In this document: piece by piece, positions 1-9,328 of the stretch
How the letters are laid out: the number at the start of each line of letters is the position of its first letter
How positions within the stretch are numbered: position 1 is the stretch's first letter
Origin: an uncultured Christensenellaceae bacterium
Lineage (GTDB): Bacteria; Bacillota; Clostridia; Christensenellales; UBA3700
Direction of reading: 5' to 3'
Assembly: GCA_944381325.1 (NCBI GenBank)
Contig: CALWKS010000005.1
Coordinates: 38,827-102,826, forward strand
DNA length: 64,000 bases
Translations under genes and position numbers: made by a program
Notes under the pieces: generated by a model
Told to the model about the DNA's origin: nothing
The model's input: the letters and a program-made list of their open reading frames with translations, nothing else
Databases searched by the model: none

Positions 1-1
1 T

Positions 2-1384
2 TTAGCTCCGTTTACCGACGATAAAAACATGGTGCTTTTCCCGAGATGGGCGGCAAAAGAATATACTCTTGTTCTCGATTATCAGGGAGCGGCTGTTACG
101 GGAGACAGACAGATGTCGGTGAGTTACGGCTCAAAGCTTACAAATCTGCCTGTGAATCTGACAATGGCAAACAAGACTTTCGTAGGTTGGTTTACACAGC
201 CTGACAAACAGGGCGTTCAGATCGCAGATCAATACGGAGTTATTCCTGGAAAGGATCTGGTAACGGAAAGGAATTTCGATCTTTCAGACCCTGACAGATA
301 CGTGTATCTGTATGCAGGATTTCAGGGCGAAATGTACGACGTAACGTTCTACTTCGGCGCAGGCATCGAGCCTGAGACGGTAAAAGTGGAGTACGGTACA
401 CTTATAAATAATGTTGTACCTTCAACAAGGGTGAACGGTATGGCTGTTTATAAGTGGTCGCTTAAAGAAAACGACATTGATCAAGAAAATATTTTTGAAG
501 GCAGAATTACTTCAAGCCAGACTCTATATGCGGCAGAATACGCTCCGGTAATAGACTTTGAAACTTATGACGGTAATAAGGTTAATTCTCTTGTGCTTCC
601 TGCCGGAAGTCCGCTGGCTTTGCCAGATGCAAAGAAAGAAGGATACAAATTCGCAGGCTGGTATCTCGCCGGAGGCGCAAAATATGAAGAAAGCTTTATG
701 CCGGCTGAAAGCCTAAAGTTGTTTGCGAAATACTATACCGTACTGTCGTTCGATTCGAGAGGAGGAAGTCAGGTAAATGAGATCGCTTCTTTTTCAGGAG
801 AAAAAATCGATTTGCCAAAACCAGAAAGAGAAGGATACATTTTTGCTGGCTGGTATAAAGAGAACTCTTTGTTTGAGTCTGAGGTTATGCCTTACGAAAG
901 CACAAAGCTGAACGCATATTGGTATAAGGCGAATAAGAAAAAGATTTTAATAACGGAAGATACTGGCTATGGCTGGGATATAATAAAATATAAAAATCCG
1001 AAGTTTCGCTATACAATTAATCTAAAAGAACATATTTCAGAGGTCGATTGGAGTAAACCAGTTACAATAATAATTGAAAGCAGTGCATTTATTTTGCATG
1101 ATGGGGTAGGTCCATATGCTACAAAAGAACATTTCTGGCTCTATTATAGGCAGATGGCTGAGGAGCAATATTTACTTGATCATACAATAATAAATCACGC
1201 AAACAACGGTATTGATTCTGCGGGAAAGGAAATGACATGGATGAATATAGTTACTGTGCCAGAAGGTTTAATATATATTGCTTTGTCAGCAGATATGGAT
1301 GGGGAGTTTCAATATTCTGCTGGGTGGAGAATGTATAATTACTACTGGACAATATATTATCCTGACACAAGCAAATTATATTGA
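2..1384 (+). CDS. Surface protein with Listeria/Bacteroides (Flg_new) repeats; 5'-partial, frame open to the window edge; unrelated C-terminal ~150-aa domain
   Basis: At least four ~70-aa repeats end in GW[FY] motifs: KTFVGWFTQPD, GYKFAGWYLAGG, GYIFAGWYKENS, plus 'LYAAEY/LFAKYY/LNAYWY' tails. There is no stop between nt 2 and the listed ATG at 29. TGA stop at 1382-1384. Confidence 0.75.
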   Translation, partial: LAPFTDDKNMVLFPRWAAKEYTLVLDYQGAAVTGDRQMSVSYGSKLTNLPVNLTMANKTFVGWFTQPDKQGVQIADQYGVIPGKDLVTERNFDLSDPDRYVYLYAGFQGEMYDVTFYFGAGIEPETVKVEYGTLINNVVPSTRVNGMAVYKWSLKENDIDQENIFEGRITSSQTLYAAEYAPVIDFETYDGNKVNSLVLPAGSPLALPDAKKEGYKFAGWYLAGGAKYEESFMPAESLKLFAKYYTVLSFDSRGGSQVNEIASFSGEKIDLPKPEREGYIFAGWYKENSLFESEVMPYESTKLNAYWYKANKKKILITEDTGYGWDIIKYKNPKFRYTINLKEHISEVDWSKPVTIIIESSAFILHDGVGPYATKEHFWLYYRQMAEEQYLLDHTIINHANNGIDSAGKEMTWMNIVTVPEGLIYIALSADMDGEFQYSAGWRMYNYYWTIYYPDTSKLY

Positions 1385-1409
1385 TAATAAATTTTAGGGA
1401 GGTTGTTTT

Positions 1410-4400
1410 ATGAAAAAGAGACTGTTAATGTTTATGATTGTTGTCATCGTCTTTATCGGTGCGGCAGTCGGTTTCGCTTCTTGCGACAAGGCTAAAGACG
1501 TAATAAACGACATTCGAGTCGAAGAAGTTGAAAACATTTCTTACGACAACGGATTTATCACGTGGAATAAAGTAAACGCTGATTATTACACCGTGTCAAT
1601 CAATAAAGGAGAACCGCAGAGATCGAATTCGACTACGTTCGCATACGACTCAAAAGGGGAGACTTTTGAGGTTACCATAGTGTCTGTACTCGGCGAAAGC
1701 ACTGCAACCGCAAGCAAGACTTTCATACCTCTTGCCCCTGTGGATGCGGATCTCGTAAACGTATCTGACGACGGAAAAATCAGTTGGGAAGCCGTAAGCG
1801 GCGCAAACGCGTATCTGATTACGGTAAACGGTCAGCAGGTGGCTTCTCCCGTAACCGATACCGTATACGAAGACCTCAAAGTGGGAAGCAACAGGGTGAA
1901 GATCAAGCCCGTTGTAAGCGGCGACAGTTCTTACTATTCGTCATGGAGCTCGGAGATCAATGTATACATATACGCTGCTCCCACCGTGCTCAGGTATGAC
2001 GGCACAACGCTCAGCTGGTCTGGCAATGCTCAGACATATATGGTTACCGTAAACGGCGTATCAAAGACCGTAAACGGCAATTATATGGAATACAATTCAG
2101 GCAACAAGGATTTTGACGTCGAAGTCAAAGCTATAGGCAATCATACTTCTACATACGATTCTGCGGCGCTCAAAGATTCTTATTATTACCTTGATCCGGT
2201 AACCAACATAACCGTAACCGACGGCATACTTACATGGGACGAGGTTAAAGGGGCAGAAGGATACCGCATCAGTGTGGACGGCGTTGTTCAGGGCGCAAAG
2301 CTTACAGAAAACAGCTATGCGCTTGTCAGCGGAAAGTCAGTGAGAGTTAAGCTCATGCCTTACAACGAGAGCGGCAACTATTTTTCTTCATGGACAAACG
2401 AGCAGACATTCTTCATTCTCAATGCACCCGTTGCGAAATGGAACAGTTCTATCGAGCCTGACGGCGAAGCTAAAAACAATTTCTATTGGGACAGCGACAG
2501 CACTTACGGCTTCACCGTAAAACTTGAAAGAGACGGGCATGAGCCTGAGATATTCTCGATTGCTTCAGCTACTTCGTTTGAATACGCATACAGCGAAGTC
2601 GGCGTATACAAGGTGTCCGTCAAGGCGAATGCACAGGCAGGCGACGCTACTAAGTTCGATTCTGCTTACAGCAAGCCCATCATAGTTGAAAGACTTGCCG
2701 CTCCCACGCAGGCAAGCAACAATTTCATTACCAGCGATCCCGACAATCTCGCAAAAGGCTTCACCGTAAACTTTATCGGCGTGACGGGCGCGACAAAGTA
2801 CAGACTTTATAAAGAAGGATCTGCGGTTGAAAACGCTAAAGAAACCACAGGCAGTTCGATGGTCGTTACTGAAGTAGTCGACGGCGCCGTTGTCGAAAGC
2901 ACGCCCGTTAATTACAGCATACGAAGCATTGGCGGCGTAAAGACCGTGGGCGGAAGCACGTATGTTACGCTTTCAAGCCTCAGCTCAAAATCTCTTTCTT
3001 TCACCGTTACCGTCAGCGCTATGCCTGAAAATCTGACAATGGCAGGTTTCGACGCGTCATGGAATACCGTAAGCGGTGCCAACGGATATGCCGTAGCATA
3101 CGGCAATACGACCGTTGCTGCGAACGAGAACAAGCTCGATCTTTCTTCGATTCAGCCCGGCACTTACGACGTAAAGGTTTGCACCAGAGGAAACGGCGGT
3201 GCGACACTTGCTTCCAACTATACTTCTGCAATTAAAGTTCAGAGACTTAATGCTCCTTACGATATCAAGATAATCGCCAACGACGGCAACGGCTTGCTTC
3301 AGTATTCTCAGGGAGACGTTATCAGCGGTTTCATTGCAGGCTATACCGCATATATCGGCACTGAAAGCACGGCTATCGGGCAGGACAAGTTCGATGAAAT
3401 GTACAATTACATTACGGTAAAGGGCACTGCGCTCAGCATGACTGCGGACGCAAACCAGTTCAACAGCGACAACACCGTTTACTATATGACTTCGCCGCGC
3501 TCAGCTACTAAAATGTTTATAAGACTTGCGGCTCCCAAGTTCTCAGACGGTGCGATTTCTTCGCTTACAGACCTCGTATGGGAAGCGAGCGACAATATCA
3601 ATACGGCGGTCTATACGCCCTCTTATCAGCTCGTCATCAACGATACGGCAAACACAGAGAGCGTGTCCACCAGATATTCGCTGAGCGGTCTTGCGGCAGG
3701 GGATTACAGAGTAAGCGTAAAAGCTATCGGCAACGGCACTCAGTATCTGGACAGCGAAATGTCAGAGACGTTTACGTTTACAAAGCTTGATACGCCTGAC
3801 TTTGCCATCGAAAACAACTGCTACGTCTGGAATGCGGACGCAAGAGTTACCTCTTACGCTCTCGAGATAGACGGAGAGAGAGTAAAAGAGGGTATATCTG
3901 TTGCAGGAAGCCAGTATTCTTACAAGCCCAGATACACCTCGCTTGGAGATCATTCAGTGAAACTTTACGCTGTTGGCAACGGAGTGGATACTGTGAGCAG
4001 CAACGCTTATAATTACACTCAGAAGACCTCTCTGCTTTCAGCTCCCGAATTTGAGATCACGGGTGAGAGAATTGGCGATAGCAAGGGCGGAACAGTAACC
4101 GTAACGCTTAAAAACGCGGTTGCAAACGCGAGCGGTTATCAGTACGAAGTAGGCGGCACGAGCAAATATTCTGATTCTGCAAGTTTTACCAAAAAGCTTG
4201 AAAGCGACGGCAAGTGCAACGTAAGAGTGAAGAGTGTAGGCGGCGTTATTGACGCAGACGGCGTTTATCATCTCGATTCCAACTTCTCTCAGACAAAGAC
4301 GCTTACTTTCCTTCCTTCCGTCAACGGCGGAACGTTCTCGATAAACGGCAACGGTCAGATTATGTGGGGAAGCGTATCTTTTGCTCAGGGGTATGATTAT

Positions 4401-4583
4401 CAGATCAGATTTGACGACGGCGCATGGAGCGATATTACTCACTCAAACGGCTCAAGCGTTCTTGTCGAGAACTATAAAAATTATAAGCATATCTATATCA
4501 GGGTTAAAACTTCGTCCAACAACACTCCCGGATACGTGGATTCCGTATGGACTGAATGGGTATGGACAAACAATAACGCGTAA
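1410..4583 (+). CDS. Large surface lipoprotein built of tandem fibronectin-type-III-like repeats
   Basis: RBS GGGAGG 8 nt upstream. Signal peptide plus lipobox (GFASC). More than 10 repeats of the pattern [IL][ST]W..V.GA.[GA]Y.[IV].[VY].G, e.g. ISWEAVSGANAYLITVNG, LTWDEVKGAEGYRISVDG, ASWNTVSGANGYAVAYG. Confidence 0.8.
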   Translation: MKKRLLMFMIVVIVFIGAAVGFASCDKAKDVINDIRVEEVENISYDNGFITWNKVNADYYTVSINKGEPQRSNSTTFAYDSKGETFEVTIVSVLGESTATASKTFIPLAPVDADLVNVSDDGKISWEAVSGANAYLITVNGQQVASPVTDTVYEDLKVGSNRVKIKPVVSGDSSYYSSWSSEINVYIYAAPTVLRYDGTTLSWSGNAQTYMVTVNGVSKTVNGNYMEYNSGNKDFDVEVKAIGNHTSTYDSAALKDSYYYLDPVTNITVTDGILTWDEVKGAEGYRISVDGVVQGAKLTENSYALVSGKSVRVKLMPYNESGNYFSSWTNEQTFFILNAPVAKWNSSIEPDGEAKNNFYWDSDSTYGFTVKLERDGHEPEIFSIASATSFEYAYSEVGVYKVSVKANAQAGDATKFDSAYSKPIIVERLAAPTQASNNFITSDPDNLAKGFTVNFIGVTGATKYRLYKEGSAVENAKETTGSSMVVTEVVDGAVVESTPVNYSIRSIGGVKTVGGSTYVTLSSLSSKSLSFTVTVSAMPENLTMAGFDASWNTVSGANGYAVAYGNTTVAANENKLDLSSIQPGTYDVKVCTRGNGGATLASNYTSAIKVQRLNAPYDIKIIANDGNGLLQYSQGDVISGFIAGYTAYIGTESTAIGQDKFDEMYNYITVKGTALSMTADANQFNSDNTVYYMTSPRSATKMFIRLAAPKFSDGAISSLTDLVWEASDNINTAVYTPSYQLVINDTANTESVSTRYSLSGLAAGDYRVSVKAIGNGTQYLDSEMSETFTFTKLDTPDFAIENNCYVWNADARVTSYALEIDGERVKEGISVAGSQYSYKPRYTSLGDHSVKLYAVGNGVDTVSSNAYNYTQKTSLLSAPEFEITGERIGDSKGGTVTVTLKNAVANASGYQYEVGGTSKYSDSASFTKKLESDGKCNVRVKSVGGVIDADGVYHLDSNFSQTKTLTFLPSVNGGTFSINGNGQIMWGSVSFAQGYDYQIRFDDGAWSDITHSNGSSVLVENYKNYKHIYIRVKTSSNNTPGYVDSVWTEWVWTNNNA

Positions 4584-4588
4584 GGTAA

Positions 4589-5380
4589 ATGGATATTTTC
4601 GTAACGTTGATTGTAAACTTCTTATTGCAGATGCTGTTCACGCTGGGCATTATCGTGATGTTCGGCGTGACGATAGCATTCTGCAATTCGATGATATACC
4701 GCAATTTAGGCAGTAAAGGCAGGGCGTTCTGCATTGCTACGGGGTTTATCGGCACGCCGATACACGAAGCGGCTCACGCCCTTGGCTGTCTTATATTCCG
4801 TCATAAGATAGTGGAGATAAAGTTCTTTATCCCCAATTCTCAGGACGGCACTCTCGGATACGTTTCGCACAGCTACAATAAAAAGAGCATTTATCAGCGT
4901 ATAGGCAATTTCTTTATAGGAATAGCACCGATAATCGTCGGAGCGGGAGTTCTTGCTTTGTTGCTCTTCCTGTTTCTGCCAGATATGTTTTCAGAGGTGC
5001 TCAGACAGCTCAAAGACGTCGATTTTCTCGGCGGAATAGGCGAGTCGTTCAGAGGAATTTTCAAGACTTTTGCGGCGATGTTCTCATATTTCGGGACGTG
5101 GCAACTGTGGGTATTTCTTATCCTCGGCAGTTTCATAGCCATGCACATGACGCTGAGCAAAGCGGATATAGACGGTGCCGTGAGCGGTCTGACGCTTTAC
5201 GTCGCTCTGATTTTCGTCATAGACCTGATATTGGTATTTGTAAGCGGATCAGCTCTGACGTCTTTCACTTCAGCGGCGGTATATTGCGGAACGTTTTTAT
5301 TGTTCTTCTTCTGCCTGTTTGCGATAATTGCGGCAGTATGGCTCATTTTATCTAAAATACTGTCGTTTTTTATTAAATAG
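4589..5380 (+). CDS. Polytopic membrane protein with HExxH motif (DUF3267-like putative membrane zincin peptidase)
   Basis: Starts 5 nt after the upstream stop, so probably the same operon. The motif PIHEAAHALG follows the first TM helix. About 6 hydrophobic segments. Confidence 0.55.
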   Translation: MDIFVTLIVNFLLQMLFTLGIIVMFGVTIAFCNSMIYRNLGSKGRAFCIATGFIGTPIHEAAHALGCLIFRHKIVEIKFFIPNSQDGTLGYVSHSYNKKSIYQRIGNFFIGIAPIIVGAGVLALLLFLFLPDMFSEVLRQLKDVDFLGGIGESFRGIFKTFAAMFSYFGTWQLWVFLILGSFIAMHMTLSKADIDGAVSGLTLYVALIFVIDLILVFVSGSALTSFTSAAVYCGTFLLFFFCLFAIIAAVWLILSKILSFFIK

Positions 5381-5586
5381 TGCAGGGAAATAAAATCACA
5401 ACACTTGCGCGAAGCGATTCTGACAGCATAGAGATGATGCAAAAAGGATAGGCACAATATGACAACAAAATCATTATATTAACGATATCGGATTTGTGTC
5501 GGCTATAAAATCCTAAAGATATTTATCAGTTAAAGCAAATAAACACATCAATTAAAACATAGCAAAAGTTGAATTTCATCATATAA

Positions 5587-5618
5587 GGCAACCCGAGATA
5601 TTTCGGATTGCCTTTTTT
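5587..5618 (+). terminator. Rho-independent terminator, about 200 nt downstream of the HExxH-protein gene
   Basis: Hairpin ggcaacccga-gatat-ttcggattgcc (one mismatch) followed by TTTTTT. Confidence 0.45.
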
Positions 5619-5636
5619 AATGTCTGCAAAAAGGGG

Positions 5637-5678
5637 ATAAAAGAAAAAGCAAACAAAGTTAGGTTCGACTTTGTTTGC
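5637..5678 (-). terminator. Rho-independent terminator of tRNA-Val
   Basis: Perfect 11-bp stem gcaaacaaagt/actttgtttgc directly 3' of the tRNA on the minus strand, followed by a T-run. Confidence 0.6.
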
Positions 5679-5681
5679 GTA

Positions 5682-5758
5682 TGGTGGAGACAACAGGACT
5701 TGAACCTGTGACCTCATGCATGTCAAGCATGCGCTCTAACCAACTGGGCTATGCCTCC
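5682..5758 (-). tRNA. tRNA-Val (anticodon GAC), CCA encoded
   Basis: The reverse complement folds as a 77-nt cloverleaf. Acceptor GGAGGCA/TGTCTCC; anticodon stem CATGC/GCATG with loop TTGACAT; T-arm ACAGG-TTCAAGT-CCTGT; then A-CCA. Confidence 0.9.
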
Positions 5759-5772
5759 ACGCGAGTAATGCG

Positions 5773-5802
5773 ATTATAGCATAAAAATCGGAGTGTTGGC
5801 AA
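5773..5802 (-). promoter_or_regulatory. Sigma-70 promoter for tRNA-Val
   Basis: Minus strand reads TTGCCA, 18 nt, TGcTATAAT (extended -10), about 15 nt upstream of the tRNA 5' end. Confidence 0.6.
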
Positions 5803-6007
5803 GGAAAATTAACGGGTTTGTAAAAAATATGGGGAAATCCGAATAAGAATATATTTATATTAAATATATGTGTGCAATTTAATCACAAATGTTTGCTTAT
5901 TCTACGCTGTCGAAAATGCTATTGAAAATTCCTCTGTGATATGTTACGCTGATATACGGAAAAGACGCATAATATACGATTTGTGCAGATTTGTTTCGGA
6001 GGTATAA

Positions 6008-7558
6008 ATGGAAAACGCAATAGAGAAATACGTTTCAATAATCCCGAGCGTAAGACAAAAAAGATTGCAGAGAGAGAACTTCAACGTATTTTTTCATTAC
6101 GGCTTAAACACTTTTACAGGAAAGGAGTGGGGTGACGGAAAGGTCGATCCTGTAGTTTTCAATCCCGAATGTCAGAATACTGATCAGTGGATCAGAACGG
6201 TAAAAGAAACAGGCGCTTACGGCGTTATTCTGACGTGTAAGCACCATGACGGTTTTTGTCTTTGGCCAACTGAGACTACTGCCTACAATATATCCGCAAC
6301 GCCTTACAAGAACGGCAAAGGCGACGTTGTGAGAGAGGTAAGTGAGAGCTGCGCAAAGTACGGCGTCAAATTCGGCGTATACCTTTCGCCGTGGGACAGA
6401 AATCACCCCAAGTATTCAACGCCTGAATACAACGACGTGTATTGTCAGCAGCTGAGAGAACTTCTTACTAATTACGGAGAAGTGTTCTGTGTGTGGATGG
6501 ACGGCGCGTGCGGCGCGTATATGGACGGAAAAGAAAAGCAGGAATACGACTGGGAAAGGTATTTTGCGCTTATCAGAGAACTTGCTCCCGACGCATGCAT
6601 AAGCAATTGCGGACCCGACGTAAGATGGGTGGGCAACGAAGGCGGATTCGCACGTGAAAGCGAATGGAACGTTGTGCCCAAGTTTGCATACGACATTCAG
6701 ACCATAGAGGACAATTCTCAGAAGGCTGACGACGGAAAGTTTGTTGAAAAGGGAGCTGACGTGGTGTTTTCTGATCTGGGCAGCAGAAAGTTCCTGTCAA
6801 GATACAACAATTTTATATGGTATCCCGCAGAGGTCGACGTGTCGGTAAGACCGGGTTGGTTTTATCATAAAACGCAGGACGGATTGGTAAAGAGCCTTGA
6901 CGAACTGCTAAGGATATATTATACGTCGGTGGGCGGCAACTCTTTGCTTTTACTTAATTTCCCGCCTGACAGAAGAGGACTCATTCACGAAAACGACGTA
7001 GCCTTGGCGCAAAAACTGGGCAAGCACATTTCAGACAGCGAAAAGCAACTGATAAATATAAAAGAAATAAAAGCTCCGACGGCGGGAAATGGCTGCGCGG
7101 CTGAAAACGTAAAAGAAGACGGCTACGACAAAGAAACGGGTGATCCGCTTTCATTTTATACGCCTGAAAAAGAGAGCGACTGCTACAGGATAGAGCTTGT
7201 CCTTGAGCAAAAGAAAAAGATAAACAGAGTCACAATCGTTGAAAACACCGCTTTTTCTCAGAGGATAGAAAAATTCAGCGTATATGCCGATCTAGGCGGC
7301 AAACTTAAAAAAGTTTACGAAGGCAGTACCGTCGGCTACAACAGGATATGCGTATTCGATAAAGCAGTCAGTACCGATAAGATCGTTATTGAAATTGAAA
7401 GCTGCCGCAAAAAGCCTTATATAGAGTATATAGGCGTTTACGAGGACAACGGAGTAAAAATCAAAAAGCCAAGATTTTTCAAGCTGAGGCAGTTTATACA
7501 CGAAAAATCATATAAATGGTTCATTGAAAAGGAAAATAAAAAATATTGCTCAAAATAA
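6008..7558 (+). CDS. Alpha-L-fucosidase (GH29) with C-terminal F5/8-type-C-like domain; no signal peptide
   Basis: RBS GGAGG. GH29 hallmarks: FFHYGLNTFTGKEWGDG, KHHDGFCLWPT, YLSPWDRNH. Confidence 0.85.
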   Translation: MENAIEKYVSIIPSVRQKRLQRENFNVFFHYGLNTFTGKEWGDGKVDPVVFNPECQNTDQWIRTVKETGAYGVILTCKHHDGFCLWPTETTAYNISATPYKNGKGDVVREVSESCAKYGVKFGVYLSPWDRNHPKYSTPEYNDVYCQQLRELLTNYGEVFCVWMDGACGAYMDGKEKQEYDWERYFALIRELAPDACISNCGPDVRWVGNEGGFARESEWNVVPKFAYDIQTIEDNSQKADDGKFVEKGADVVFSDLGSRKFLSRYNNFIWYPAEVDVSVRPGWFYHKTQDGLVKSLDELLRIYYTSVGGNSLLLLNFPPDRRGLIHENDVALAQKLGKHISDSEKQLINIKEIKAPTAGNGCAAENVKEDGYDKETGDPLSFYTPEKESDCYRIELVLEQKKKINRVTIVENTAFSQRIEKFSVYADLGGKLKKVYEGSTVGYNRICVFDKAVSTDKIVIEIESCRKKPYIEYIGVYEDNGVKIKKPRFFKLRQFIHEKSYKWFIEKENKKYCSK

Positions 7559-7602
7559 TCATCGCCCGTGTTGATTAACGCAGATAATCGGAGGATAGAA
7601 AA

Positions 7603-9168
7603 ATGATAAACGTAATACCTGCACCTTTGAGTGTGAAAGAAAAGGAAGGCTTTGTTTCTTGCGGAAACAAGCTGAATGTATCGGGTGATTTCCCTGAAGC
7701 GGCAAAATTCGTTGCATCATATCTGGGCAACGGAAACGGAGGGGAAGGCGTTAAACTTATCTTTAAAAAGCAGGACGGCATAGCAGAAGAGGGATATTCC
7801 CTCAAGGTGGGGAAAAACGACATAGTTATTTCTGCATCGACTGAAAAAGGAGCTTTTTATGCAATCGCAACGCTTGCTCAGATAATTGACGGAAACAAAA
7901 TTCCCTGTTGCGAAATAGAAGACAAACCGAGATATTCATTCAGAGGTTTTATGCTGGACAGCGCAAGGCATTTCTGGAGCGTTGAAACGGTAAAACGCTA
8001 TATAGACCTTATGGCAAGGCTCAAGATGAATGAATTCCATTTTCATTTGTCTGACGATCAGGGCTGGAGAGCAGAGATAAAAAAATATCCGCTTCTTACT
8101 GAAAAAGGCAGCATAAGACGCAACACCCAGCTTTCTCTTTACGGCTACAATTCAGGAAAAGAAGCGCATGACGACGTTGAATACGGCAGAGGTTGTTATT
8201 ATACTCAGGAGCAGCTTAAAGACATAGTTGCCTACGCCGCTGAAAGACACATTGAAGTTATTCCCGAAATAGATATGCCGGGGCATATGGTGGCGGCGAT
8301 ATCTTGTTATCCCGAGCTTTCATGCAAAGGAGAACCCACCGAGGTTTCTACAAGATGGGGCGTAATGGACAATATCTGCTGCTGCGGAAAAGAAGACGTT
8401 TTCAACTTTGCAAAGGACGTAATAGACGAGCTTTGCGAGATATTCCCGGGCAGATTTTTCCATATCGGCGGAGACGAAGTCCCCAAGAAGAGATGGAAAG
8501 AATGTCCTGCTTGTCAGGAAAAGATACGCAAGGAAGGTCTTAAGGACGAAAACGCGTTGCAGGGATATTTCAACAATAAAATGGCGGAATATCTCAGGAG
8601 CAAAGGAAAGAGAATGATAGGCTGGAACGAGATCCTCGACGCGCAGGATATAATGGATACGGATATCGTGGCGCAGTGGTGGGTAAATCACAGCGTAGGC
8701 AACGCTCAGGAAAAGAAATGGATAAAGCGAGGCGGAAAGGTGGTTATGTCGCCGGTGGGCTATGTTTATATGGATCATCCTTTCCATATTAGACCGCTGA
8801 AAAAGACATATTCTACGGACGAAAGCCTTCTGGGAGAAGGAGCGGGCAGCGGAATACTGGGCATGGAAATTCCTCAGTGGACAGAATACATTCGCTGTGA
8901 AAAGAAGCTGGATATGCTCACCGTTCCCAGGCTCATCACTTTTTCTGAAGTATGCTGGAGCGATCCGAAGAAGAAGGATTATTCGGATTTCGAGCGCAGA
9001 CTCGAAGGCAAACGCGGTTATTTTTCTGCAATAAAATGTCCGATATGTCCTCAATATCTTTACAGAGGAAAAGTAAGACCATGGTATGCCGTTACGGCGG
9101 GGCTTAAGTGGGCGCTTTGGTATAAGAACGTCAATTACGAGTGGGATATAATGAGAGATAAACTGTAA
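7603..9168 (+). CDS. Beta-N-acetylhexosaminidase (GH20); no signal peptide
   Basis: RBS GGAGGA. GH20 motifs: RGFMLDSARHF, HFHLSDDQGWR, IPEIDMPGH, HIGGDE. Confidence 0.9.
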   Translation: MINVIPAPLSVKEKEGFVSCGNKLNVSGDFPEAAKFVASYLGNGNGGEGVKLIFKKQDGIAEEGYSLKVGKNDIVISASTEKGAFYAIATLAQIIDGNKIPCCEIEDKPRYSFRGFMLDSARHFWSVETVKRYIDLMARLKMNEFHFHLSDDQGWRAEIKKYPLLTEKGSIRRNTQLSLYGYNSGKEAHDDVEYGRGCYYTQEQLKDIVAYAAERHIEVIPEIDMPGHMVAAISCYPELSCKGEPTEVSTRWGVMDNICCCGKEDVFNFAKDVIDELCEIFPGRFFHIGGDEVPKKRWKECPACQEKIRKEGLKDENALQGYFNNKMAEYLRSKGKRMIGWNEILDAQDIMDTDIVAQWWVNHSVGNAQEKKWIKRGGKVVMSPVGYVYMDHPFHIRPLKKTYSTDESLLGEGAGSGILGMEIPQWTEYIRCEKKLDMLTVPRLITFSEVCWSDPKKKDYSDFERRLEGKRGYFSAIKCPICPQYLYRGKVRPWYAVTAGLKWALWYKNVNYEWDIMRDKL

Positions 9169-9328
9169 AACGATTGATTTTGCCGTAAAACGGACGTAAA
9201 TTGTTGGCAGGACTTGAAAACATCGGCAAAACCGTGCTAAAATATACTCAGGTGCAAAAACCGAACGTTTGGCTGAAAAGCAGTATATTTTCGGATTAAG
9301 GTAGCTTCACGGAGGGACAGCGGTTGCT

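Noticed and set aside
935-1384. A diversity-generating retroelement target (variable C-terminal domain)
   Set aside because: There is no reverse transcriptase, no template repeat and no adenine-specific mismatch pattern anywhere in the window. The signal is a compositional shift, not a repeat pair.
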